Shown: piece by piece, positions 9,099-17,923 of the stretch
How positions within the stretch are numbered: position 1 is the stretch's first letter
Layout of the letters: each line of letters starts with the position of its first letter
From: Desulfobacterales bacterium
GTDB taxonomy: Bacteria; Desulfobacterota; Desulfobacteria; Desulfobacterales; UBA5852
Assembly (NCBI GenBank): GCA_963674755.2
Contig: CAXXVS010000002.1
Span: 864,001 to 928,000, forward strand
Reading direction: 5' to 3'
Length of the DNA stretch: 64,000 bases
Position numbers and translations under genes: made by a program
Notes under the pieces: generated by a model
Database searches by the model: none
The model's input: the letters and a program-made list of their open reading frames with translations, nothing else
Told to the model about the DNA's origin: nothing

Positions 9099-10826
9099 AT
9101 GCAATCCAAACGGCGCAAGGGCATATTGATTGTTGTTTTAGGCGCGGTGCTGATACTCACCGGCTGTGCTGCGTGGCATGCGGCACCCCACAGCGGAACC
9201 GCCGGTCCCGTCGCCACGGCCCCGCCTCCCAATAGCTACTACTATTATACCGAAGCCCAGATCCTGCGAAATCGTGGGGATAACCTGGGCGCTATTAAAA
9301 TGATGCAGCGTGCCATGGAGCGCGATCCGGATGCGATTTACATCCGGCGGGAATTGGCCGCGTTGTATTTGCAGACCAATAAAGAGGACCAGGCGCTCGA
9401 CCTGCTGCTCGGTATCCTGAATGATGATCCCGGAGACGTGCCCACGCTCTTGATTCTTGGGCGCATATACCAGAACCGCAAAGAACTCGATAAGGCGAAA
9501 GCCGTCTATGAGGAAGTGCTGGATCAGGACCCGGAACAGGAAGATGTCTATTTGCTGCTGGGCAATCTTTACATGAACGATCACCAGTACGACGAGGCCT
9601 TCGACACCTTTCAGCGTATGACCGAACGGTTCCCCGGGGCCTATGCGGGATTTTTTTTCATTGGGAAAATCCAGCGCGAATGGGGCGACGATGCCAAGGC
9701 CGAACAAGCATTTTTAAAATCGCTGTCCATCGAGCCCAAGCTCGAGGGCGCGCGCTTCGAGTTGATCGACCTCTACGAACAGCGACCCGACACTGCCGCC
9801 GCACGCCGCAAAACGATCGAGCAATACCAGGCCATTCTGGACGAGGACCCTGAAAGTCCACGGGCTGTTTTCGGGCTGGCCCTTTATTACCGTAAAATCG
9901 GAAAGCCGCGACAGGCCGACGAATTGGTCCGTGAGTTGACCGATACGGCCTCCGAGAATGACTTGGTGCGCAATATTTTCAGACTTTATCTGGAACCGGG
10001 GCGCAATACCGACGCGGTTTATCTGCTGGAAAGGATTCTTCAGGACCGCCCTGATTTCACCAGCCTGCAATACCTGCTGGGGGTTGCTTACCACAACCTG
10101 GAAAACGACACCCAGGCCATGGTGCACTTCCGGGAGGTTCCGCATGACTCTCAGTTCTACCGGGACGCCATCATCCAGCAAGCCTTTTATTACAGTGACG
10201 ATGGTCAGGTCGACAAGGCCATCGCCACTCTTGAAACGGCATTGACGCATGATCCGGATAGCCCTGATTTCCTCGTTTACCTGGCCTCCATGTATGAGGA
10301 AAAGAAGGCTTACGACAAGGCCCTGGCGTTGCTCAAACATGCCATCGAGGTGGATCCGGAAAACGAACGGGCCTATTTTCGGCTGGGCGTCGTCTATGAC
10401 AAAATGGATCGCAAGGAAGATTCCATTGCCGCCATGAAACAAGTGCTCGCCCTGAAACCGGATCATGCCAATGCGCTCAATTATCTCGGCTACACCTATG
10501 CCGATCTCGGGATCCATTTGGATGAGGCCGAAAAGCTGGTTCAGAAAGCGTTGACCCTCAAACCGGATGACGGCTACATCACCGACAGCCTCGGCTGGAT
10601 CTATTACAAGCAGGGACGCTACCAAGAGGCATTGAGCTATTTGCTGAAAGCCGCCGAATTGGTCAAGGACGACCCCATCATTCTGGAACATGTGGGCGAT
10701 GCCTACCGGGAATTGGGTCAGAATGAAAAAGCCCTTGAATTTTACCGGAATTCTTTGAAGCTTCGCGAGAAGGACAAGGATGCCGTCATTGAGAAAATCA
10801 AGCTTCTGGAGCAACCCTCCTCTTGA
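9099..10826 (+). CDS. TPR-repeat lipoprotein
   Basis: Lipobox LTGC; many TPRs; ALNYLGYTYAD and DSLGWIYY motifs. Confidence 0.88.
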   Translation: MQSKRRKGILIVVLGAVLILTGCAAWHAAPHSGTAGPVATAPPPNSYYYYTEAQILRNRGDNLGAIKMMQRAMERDPDAIYIRRELAALYLQTNKEDQALDLLLGILNDDPGDVPTLLILGRIYQNRKELDKAKAVYEEVLDQDPEQEDVYLLLGNLYMNDHQYDEAFDTFQRMTERFPGAYAGFFFIGKIQREWGDDAKAEQAFLKSLSIEPKLEGARFELIDLYEQRPDTAAARRKTIEQYQAILDEDPESPRAVFGLALYYRKIGKPRQADELVRELTDTASENDLVRNIFRLYLEPGRNTDAVYLLERILQDRPDFTSLQYLLGVAYHNLENDTQAMVHFREVPHDSQFYRDAIIQQAFYYSDDGQVDKAIATLETALTHDPDSPDFLVYLASMYEEKKAYDKALALLKHAIEVDPENERAYFRLGVVYDKMDRKEDSIAAMKQVLALKPDHANALNYLGYTYADLGIHLDEAEKLVQKALTLKPDDGYITDSLGWIYYKQGRYQEALSYLLKAAELVKDDPIILEHVGDAYRELGQNEKALEFYRNSLKLREKDKDAVIEKIKLLEQPSS

Positions 10827-11734
10827 CGCCGGTAGCATCCCAATGGGCAGCCGTCGGTTGTGTTGCGGATCGTAGGTCGGTGGTGGCCGCTTCCATAGGC
10901 TTTGGCCGGTGCGCCTTTTTCCGCGCCCGTCAGGGACGCTGGAGGCGTCATCCGTCCTGGTGGAAGAAGTGGCTGCAGTTGACCCTGCTGGGGGCGCTCT
11001 TGAGCGGGTGCTCCGGATGGATGGGCCCCCCGGCTGAAATTCAATACGACAGTCAGGCCACACAGCAACTGATGTACCAGTTGCTGGCGGCCAATGCCGG
11101 GTTGGAAGCGATCAAAGGCCTGGGGCGGGTGACGGTCACGACGGGCGGCACGGCGCACACTTACGAGCGCGCGGTTTGGGTGGGCGCCGCGCCCGGCCGG
11201 TTGCGGTTTGTGTTCCAGGCGCCCACCGGGATGCCGGTGTTCTCCATGAGCTGCGATGCCGAGTGGCTCACTGCGCTGAACTATTCGGATGGCCGCTATT
11301 ATCGGCACCAGATTGGCGACAACAGCCTGTCCCGCTACCTGCCGGTATCCATCAAGTGCGCCGATTTATATGCGCTGCTGGTGGACCGGCCTCCGAAGGT
11401 GGCCTACGATGCCGTGCGCCTCGATGCCGCGCAATCCTCCGGCGGTGATTCCCTGGTCCTTTTATTGCAGCGGCGTTTTCGCGGCACGGTGGGGCGGATT
11501 CGCGTGGATCGCACTACCGGCGCCCTGCAGGCTGTGGAGTTGCTCGACATCCACGGCAATCGCCTCTATGAGGCACGCCTGCAAGCGATAAAAACCATAG
11601 ACGGGTATCGGCTGCCAACCCGCATAACCCTCAGCGGTCCCGACGGGAGTCTGGTTCTTGACGTCCGACGTTGCTGGCCGGAATCTTCTGTAACGGAAGA
11701 CCTTTTCCAGATCGCGCCGCCCCAAACGGAGTGA
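10823..11734 (+). CDS. LolB-like / DUF4292-like lipoprotein (true start probably downstream)
   Basis: Lipobox LLSGC after a hydrophobic stretch; beta-rich body ending IDGYRLPTRITL; follows the TPR lipoprotein gene. Confidence 0.6.
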   Translation: MTPVASQWAAVGCVADRRSVVAASIGFGRCAFFRARQGRWRRHPSWWKKWLQLTLLGALLSGCSGWMGPPAEIQYDSQATQQLMYQLLAANAGLEAIKGLGRVTVTTGGTAHTYERAVWVGAAPGRLRFVFQAPTGMPVFSMSCDAEWLTALNYSDGRYYRHQIGDNSLSRYLPVSIKCADLYALLVDRPPKVAYDAVRLDAAQSSGGDSLVLLLQRRFRGTVGRIRVDRTTGALQAVELLDIHGNRLYEARLQAIKTIDGYRLPTRITLSGPDGSLVLDVRRCWPESSVTEDLFQIAPPQTE

Positions 11735-11804
11735 AACCGACCATCGGCCTCCGCCAGCGGGTAGGCCGGCTTGTTTACCACTCAGGCGTATAGAGGGGCA
11801 CCAC

Positions 11805-12581
11805 GTGAACAAAGCCATCGCGCTGGAGTATCGCCTCAGGCCCTGCCGCAATGTCCGCACCTTGGGCGTGCGCCCCAATTTTCTGGATTATACGGATGAA
11901 GAAATCAAGGCCATCCGGCAGGCCCATAAAATTTATTATCCATCTGTTTTTTATGCGGATCTGTTCGACGCTATGGGGAAAGCCATCTTCCCTAGCTATC
12001 ACACCTACAAGTGCGTCCAGGATAAAATCAAACAGACTCAGATGTTCCACCTGCTGGATATTCCCCATCCCTTCACGCGGGTTTTTTACGGTAAACGGTG
12101 CTTTGAAAAAATCACCCGTACCTTTAAATTTCCCCTGATCGCTAAAATTCCGCGTGGCTCGGCACTGGGCCGCGGGGTTTTTCTCATTCACGATGAAGGC
12201 CAACTAAAGGACTATCTTCGACAGTCCCCTGTGGCCTATATTCAGGAACATCTGGCGCTCGATCGTGACATGCGAATTGTCGTGATCGGCGATCGTGTGG
12301 TGCACGCCTATTGGCGGCTGACGCCTGAGGGCGAGTATCGCAGCAATGTCGCCGTGGGCGGACGGATTTCCTGTGACAGCGTGCCGGAGGCGGCGCGGAT
12401 GCTGGCCTTGCATACCGCCCGGGTATGCGGTTGGAACGATGTCGGCATCGATATTTGTGAACATGAAGGTCGCTACCTCGTCCTTGAAGCCAATATGAAA
12501 TATGGTAAGGAGGGATTTCGCAAGGCAGGTATCGATTATTACCGCTTAATGGAGGAGTTGATCGACAATGGTGCCATATGA
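11805..12581 (+). CDS. RimK-family ATP-grasp ligase
   Basis: QDKI, FPLIAK, GRGV, YIQE, DMRIVVIG, RSNVAVGG, GIDI and LEAN motifs. Confidence 0.8.
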   Translation: MNKAIALEYRLRPCRNVRTLGVRPNFLDYTDEEIKAIRQAHKIYYPSVFYADLFDAMGKAIFPSYHTYKCVQDKIKQTQMFHLLDIPHPFTRVFYGKRCFEKITRTFKFPLIAKIPRGSALGRGVFLIHDEGQLKDYLRQSPVAYIQEHLALDRDMRIVVIGDRVVHAYWRLTPEGEYRSNVAVGGRISCDSVPEAARMLALHTARVCGWNDVGIDICEHEGRYLVLEANMKYGKEGFRKAGIDYYRLMEELIDNGAI

Positions 12582-13734
12582 CACCAATGTGCTGGACCTC
12601 TTGAAGACATCGCTGGACCAACGCGAGGCCGAATACTTGTCGCCGGTCGCTGCCAAGAGTTCCGATGGCCAGCGGCGCGAACCGGAGGAGCGTCCCGGGG
12701 GGTATCGACAGAATTTTTCCCTCGATGTGGACCGTATCCTGCACTCGCTGGCCTATACGCGCTATATCGACAAAACCCAGGTGTTCTATCTCATTCAGAA
12801 CGATCATATCACCCATCGTGTCCTGCACGTGCAGCTGGTATCCAAGATTGCCCGCACCATCGGCCGATTTCTGGGGCTCAACGAGGACCTGATCGAAGCC
12901 ATCGCCTTGGGACACGACATCGGCCATACGCCATTCGGCCATGACGGCGAACTCTTCCTGAGCGAGCTGTGCCGGGGCCACGGCATCGGCGCTTTTCAGC
13001 ACAACCTGCAGAGTGTGCAATTTCTGGACCGCGTGGAACGCAAGGGACGCGGGTGGAATCTCTGCCTGCAAACGCTGGATGGGATCGTCTGCCACGACGG
13101 CGAGGTTCACAATCAACTGCTCAAACCCGAATGGGATAAAACCTTTGAGGCCTTCGAGGGTAGCATGCTGGCCAAAAAGCAGGACGCCGACCTGCAACTG
13201 ACCCCCAAGACCCTGGAGGGCTGCGTGGTGCGCATGGCTGACACCATCAGCTATATCGGACGCGATATCGACGACGCCATTCGTCTGGGGATGCTGCATC
13301 GCAGCGAACTGCCCGAGGATGTCGTCAAAGTTCTGGGTGCCACCAACGGCACCATTGTCTACAATCTGGTGACCGACATCATTCGCAACAGCTACCGGCA
13401 GCCCTATGTGACCTTCAGCCCGGAGGTATCGCGGGCCTTGAAAGCCTTAAAAGGATTCAACATGCGACGCATCTATCAGAATCCTTTGATAAAGAAACAT
13501 ACGCTGAAAATTAAGCATCTTTTCGAGTTATTATTCAAGCGATACTTGAATGATATCGAGGCCGGGCACGAGGATTCGGTGATTTTTACAGGCTTTCTCA
13601 AGGACATGGACAACCACTACGTTCATGACCATTCACCCGCGGAAGTGGTGCGCGATTTCATCGCCGGCATGACCGACAAATACTTCCTGCGCCAGTGTCC
13701 CCCGGAATTGCGGCCGCAAGTGGAAGTCCGGTGA
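12568..13734 (+). CDS. HD-domain dGTP triphosphohydrolase-like protein
   Basis: DVDRILHS, DKTQV, HRVLH, GHDIGHTPFGHDGE, ADTISY and DFIAGMTD motifs. Confidence 0.88.
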   Translation: MVPYDTNVLDLLKTSLDQREAEYLSPVAAKSSDGQRREPEERPGGYRQNFSLDVDRILHSLAYTRYIDKTQVFYLIQNDHITHRVLHVQLVSKIARTIGRFLGLNEDLIEAIALGHDIGHTPFGHDGELFLSELCRGHGIGAFQHNLQSVQFLDRVERKGRGWNLCLQTLDGIVCHDGEVHNQLLKPEWDKTFEAFEGSMLAKKQDADLQLTPKTLEGCVVRMADTISYIGRDIDDAIRLGMLHRSELPEDVVKVLGATNGTIVYNLVTDIIRNSYRQPYVTFSPEVSRALKALKGFNMRRIYQNPLIKKHTLKIKHLFELLFKRYLNDIEAGHEDSVIFTGFLKDMDNHYVHDHSPAEVVRDFIAGMTDKYFLRQCPPELRPQVEVR

Positions 13735-13779
13735 GATCGCCCCCGCACGGTGGTCGGCATCAGCGCGACCAGACCATGA

Positions 13780-14577
13780 ATGGATAAGACGGTTATTGAG
13801 GTACAAAAGCAAGAGCGCATGACAGCATCGTTGCATGGTGCCAGCGGCGAACGGCGCACCTACCGGCGGCAGGCCATGGTGACGCATTTGCATTCGTTTC
13901 AGGTCACGGTCCAGGAAACCGATTTAATGGTCCAGGCCGAACAGGATCTGTCCGTCCTTTGCCGCGAGGAAGTACTGGCGCAGCGTGGCTATATCGAGCA
14001 GTATAGCACACGATTTCAGGAGTTTCTGCGAACCCTCCATCCTTGGGCCGATAGTGAACCGGCGCCTGAGATCATCCGCCGCATGACCCGGGCCGGCCAG
14101 GCAGCCGGTGTGGGACCCATGGCGGCGGTGGCCGGGGCCATCGCCGAAGCGGTCGGCCAAGTGCTCGGCCGGCATTCCCAGGAGGTCGTCGTTGAAAACG
14201 GCGGCGACATCTATCTGGTGTTGAAGCGACCGGTGACGGTCGGCCTTTATGCCGGGCAATCCCCTTTGAGCATGCGAATCGGTCTCCAGCTCGATCCCGG
14301 TGGGAAACCCCTGGCCGTATGCACCTCTTCGGGGACCATCGGCCATTCCCTCAGCATGGGACACGCCGATGCCGTCTGCGTCGTGGCCCGTCAATGCGCC
14401 CTGGCCGATGCGGCCGCCACGGCCGTGGGCAATCGCATCGCCGATGCCCGGGCCATCCCCGAGGCGCTTCAGTTTTCTCGCTCGATCGAAGGCCTCATGG
14501 GGGTGGTCGCCATCTGCGGAGACCGAATGGGCCTGTGGGGGGATTTGCGCCTCGTCAAGCTCGACAGAAGAAAATAG
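13780..14577 (+). CDS. UPF0280 / ApbE-superfamily protein
   Basis: VGPMAAVAGAIAE, VENGGDI, CTSSGTIGHSLSMG and ADAAATA motifs. Confidence 0.85.
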   Translation: MDKTVIEVQKQERMTASLHGASGERRTYRRQAMVTHLHSFQVTVQETDLMVQAEQDLSVLCREEVLAQRGYIEQYSTRFQEFLRTLHPWADSEPAPEIIRRMTRAGQAAGVGPMAAVAGAIAEAVGQVLGRHSQEVVVENGGDIYLVLKRPVTVGLYAGQSPLSMRIGLQLDPGGKPLAVCTSSGTIGHSLSMGHADAVCVVARQCALADAAATAVGNRIADARAIPEALQFSRSIEGLMGVVAICGDRMGLWGDLRLVKLDRRK

Positions 14578-14772
14578 GTTGAATTTTAAGGGCAAAAAGG
14601 TTAATTTAGCAGGCTTAGAAACGCTGATCGGGGCCCTGTGCATGTGCTGCAGCCGTGAATCGCACTCTCTGCCAGGAGACAATCCGCCGGTCTGGCGGGG
14701 GCGGCTCATCATGACCATCTCCGGCGGGCCCTTGTGCAATTGTCAACCCCCTCATGATGGGAGACCAGCCTG

Positions 14773-15180
14773 ATGAAAAAAGTCAAAATCGGCTTCTGGC
14801 TTATCGTTGTCGCCTTTCTGTTGCTCATCGGTTTCCAGAACGAAGGGTTTTTTCTGCAAAAGCACAGCTTCGATCTCAATTTATGGGTGAGGGAACCCTA
14901 TCACTCGCCGGACATCTACAATGCCGTTTTATTTGCGGGTTGTTTTCTGGCGGGCTTGATTATTGCCTACCTTTCAGGCTTGTTTGAACGCTTTAAAGCC
15001 AATAAAGCCTGTAAACAACTCCATAAAACCGTGGCCGATCAGAGAGGCGAACTGGCCCAGTTGAAAACCGAAGTAGAGGCCTTCAAAAATGCCGCCAAGC
15101 CGGCCACGGTGGTGCTGGCCGACGATACTGCGGAAGGAACGTCTCCAAGCGACGAGCCCAGCGCCGATGCTGAGCACTGA
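14773..15180 (+). CDS. LapA-family membrane protein
   Basis: Two TM helices with FQN motif, then coiled coil and acidic tail; GGAGA RBS. Confidence 0.65.
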   Translation: MKKVKIGFWLIVVAFLLLIGFQNEGFFLQKHSFDLNLWVREPYHSPDIYNAVLFAGCFLAGLIIAYLSGLFERFKANKACKQLHKTVADQRGELAQLKTEVEAFKNAAKPATVVLADDTAEGTSPSDEPSADAEH

Positions 15181-15269
15181 CGATCATGAAACAGCGTGCC
15201 AGGGACGTCCCCCGCGAAACGATCGCGGCCGGCGTCCCCGCTGTTGACGTACCCTGAGTTTTTGTCTGA

Positions 15270-17891
15270 ATGAGTTCTGCCAAACTAACCCCGATGCTCA
15301 AGCAGTATTTGTCCATTAAGGACACCTATCCGGATGCGATTCTGCTTTATCGTATGGGGGATTTCTTCGAGATGTTCTTCGAAGACGCTGAGGTAGCCTC
15401 CCGCGCCCTTGAAATCACCCTGACGTCCCGCAACAAAAACGATGCCCATCCCGTTCCCATGTGCGGGGTGCCCGTCCGTGCCGTACAGGGCTATATCGCC
15501 CGTCTGATTGAAAAAGGCTTCAAAGTGGCCCTGTGCGACCAGGTCGAAGATCCCGCCCAGGCCCAAGGTATTGTCAAACGCGAGGTGGTGCGGGTGTTGA
15601 CCCCGGGAATGATTCTGGAAAACGAGCTTCTCGAGCGGTCGGTCCACAATTATATCCTGGCCCTTGCCGTCCATGAACAACAGGTGGGGCTGGCCTACCT
15701 GGACATTTCCACAGGAACTTTTCGCCTTACTGAAACGGACGATCGCCAGGCCGCCCTGGAAGAAGCCCTGCGCATCGACCCCCGGGAAATTCTGATTGCC
15801 GAATCCGCCCAAACCAATGCGGTGCTAACAGACCTGACCGCTCCCTTCGCCGAGCGGGTCTTGACTGTTTTGGATGCCAGCGTCTTTTCCCATCGTCGGG
15901 CCCGGGAACAATTGCGGGAATTGTTTCATACGCTGTCCCTGGAAGGTTTCGGGTGCGAGGCCATGAAGACCGGACTGCGGGCCGCCGGCGCCTTGGTACA
16001 CTACCTCAAGGAAACTCAGAAGCAGGCAGTGGATCATTTCAGCGGCATTGAAACCTACCATCTCAGCGCGTATATGTGGGTTGATGAACGCTCCTGCCGC
16101 AATCTCGAGCTCACGGCCAATCTGCAAAGCGGCGGACGTTCGGGAACCCTGGTCAATGTTCTGGATCGCACGCGCACCGCTATGGGCGGGCGTCTGCTGC
16201 GGGAGTGGCTGCGCTACCCGTTGATGGATCACGAACAAATCGTCGCACGGCATGCCGCGGTGGACGAGGCCCTGGAACGTAAAGCCGAACGTCATGGGAT
16301 TCGGGAGCAGCTCAAGGGGGTGCACGACCTGGAGCGGTTGAGCAGCAAGATTTCCATGGGACGCGCTAACGCCCGGGACCTGGTGGCCCTCAAGGCTTCG
16401 CTGCAGGTCCTGCCCGAGCTGTTTGACGCCTTGGCCCAAATGGAGGCCCGTGCCTTTTGCTGCACACTGCCGCTGGAGGGATTGAATACGCTTGCCGCGC
16501 TGATCGAACGGGCCATCCGGGAAGATGCCCCCCCCGTCCTCAACGAGGGCGGACTCATTAAAGAGGGCTACAACGCCGAGTTGGACGATCTTGTCCAAAT
16601 CAGCCGCGACGGGAAAGGCTACCTGGCCAAGCTGGAATCCCGCGAACGGGAGGCCACCCGGATCGGGGCCCTGAAGGTACGCTACAACAAGGTTTTCGGC
16701 TATTATATCGAAGTGCCCAAAGCGCGCGTCACCGAGGTGCCCGAGCATTATGTGCGCAAACAGACCCTGGTCAATGCCGAGCGCTATATCACCGAAGAAC
16801 TGAAGAACTTTGAAGCGAAAGTGCTCAATGCCGAAGAGCGCCGGGCGAGCCTGGAATATGACCTGTTCAACGACGTGCGCCGACAGGCGGCCGGGCAGCA
16901 GGCTGACGTGAAACAGACGGCCATGTTCCTGGCGGCGGTGGACTGCCTGATGGGGCTGGCCGAGGTGGCCGAGCAGCGTCATTTCACGCGCCCGGCCATC
17001 AACAAGGACGGTGTGCTGCATATCGAAGAGGGGCGGCATCCTGTGGTCGAGCAGGTGCTGACCGGCGAGCGGTTTGTGCCCAACACCCTTCATCTGGACA
17101 TGGCCGACCAGCAGGTGCTGGTCATCACGGGGCCCAATATGGCCGGCAAATCAACGGTGCTGCGCCAGGCCGCCCTGACGGTGGTCATGGCCCAGATGGG
17201 GTCCTTCGTGGCGGCGGAAAAGGCCTCCGTCCCCATTGTGGATAAAATTTTTACCCGTGTGGGCGCCCTCGACAATCTTTCCCAGGGGCAAAGCACTTTT
17301 ATGGTGGAGATGCAGGAGACGGCCAATATCCTGCACAATGCCACCGAACACAGTCTGGTGATCCTGGACGAAATCGGCCGGGGGACCAGTACCTATGACG
17401 GCATGAGCATCGCCTGGGCGGTGGCCGAGTTCTTGCACGACCTGGCTGGCCGGGGGGTCAAGACGCTGTTTGCCACCCATTACCACGAATTGACGGATTT
17501 GGCCGGCCGGCGCCCCCGGGTGAAGAATTACAATATTGCGGTCAAAGAATGGAACGACGAGATCATCTTCTTGCGCAAACTGGTGGAAGGCGGTACCAAC
17601 CGCAGCTATGGGATTCAGGTGGCGCGGCTGGCCGGGATTCCCGAAGGCGTTATCACGCGTGCCAAACAAATCCTGCTGGCGGTCGAAAAAGACAACCAGG
17701 GCGCCTTCCGACCCGGCAAGACCGGTAACCCCCATGCGATTCCTTCCAGCCAGGTGCAGATGGACTTGTTCCGACGACCGGATCAGGACATTATTGAACG
17801 ATTGCGCCGGGTCGACATCGGCCAGACGACGCCTATTGAAGCGCTCAATTTGCTGAGTGATCTGCAGAGCCGGGCACGGGCGGACGACTGA
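15270..17891 (+). CDS. mutS: DNA mismatch repair protein MutS
   Basis: TPMLKQY, RMGDFFEMF, ITGPNMAGKST, STFMVEM, DEIGRGTST and SYGIQVARLAG motifs. Confidence 0.97.
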   Translation: MSSAKLTPMLKQYLSIKDTYPDAILLYRMGDFFEMFFEDAEVASRALEITLTSRNKNDAHPVPMCGVPVRAVQGYIARLIEKGFKVALCDQVEDPAQAQGIVKREVVRVLTPGMILENELLERSVHNYILALAVHEQQVGLAYLDISTGTFRLTETDDRQAALEEALRIDPREILIAESAQTNAVLTDLTAPFAERVLTVLDASVFSHRRAREQLRELFHTLSLEGFGCEAMKTGLRAAGALVHYLKETQKQAVDHFSGIETYHLSAYMWVDERSCRNLELTANLQSGGRSGTLVNVLDRTRTAMGGRLLREWLRYPLMDHEQIVARHAAVDEALERKAERHGIREQLKGVHDLERLSSKISMGRANARDLVALKASLQVLPELFDALAQMEARAFCCTLPLEGLNTLAALIERAIREDAPPVLNEGGLIKEGYNAELDDLVQISRDGKGYLAKLESREREATRIGALKVRYNKVFGYYIEVPKARVTEVPEHYVRKQTLVNAERYITEELKNFEAKVLNAEERRASLEYDLFNDVRRQAAGQQADVKQTAMFLAAVDCLMGLAEVAEQRHFTRPAINKDGVLHIEEGRHPVVEQVLTGERFVPNTLHLDMADQQVLVITGPNMAGKSTVLRQAALTVVMAQMGSFVAAEKASVPIVDKIFTRVGALDNLSQGQSTFMVEMQETANILHNATEHSLVILDEIGRGTSTYDGMSIAWAVAEFLHDLAGRGVKTLFATHYHELTDLAGRRPRVKNYNIAVKEWNDEIIFLRKLVEGGTNRSYGIQVARLAGIPEGVITRAKQILLAVEKDNQGAFRPGKTGNPHAIPSSQVQMDLFRRPDQDIIERLRRVDIGQTTPIEALNLLSDLQSRARADD

Positions 17892-17923
17892 CCCGACCTG
17901 ACGTTTGGCCCTTGCAGATAAGG

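Noticed and set aside
9714..11063. Long antisense ORFs (also 3556-4728, 12184-13299, 15825-17093, 22809-23933, 28963-30303, 49170-50252 and others)
   Set aside because: Shadow frames opposite well-supported genes, expected in GC-rich DNA; no motifs
12568..13734. dGTPase as anti-phage defence gene
   Set aside because: It sits in a housekeeping run near mutS with no defence-island context
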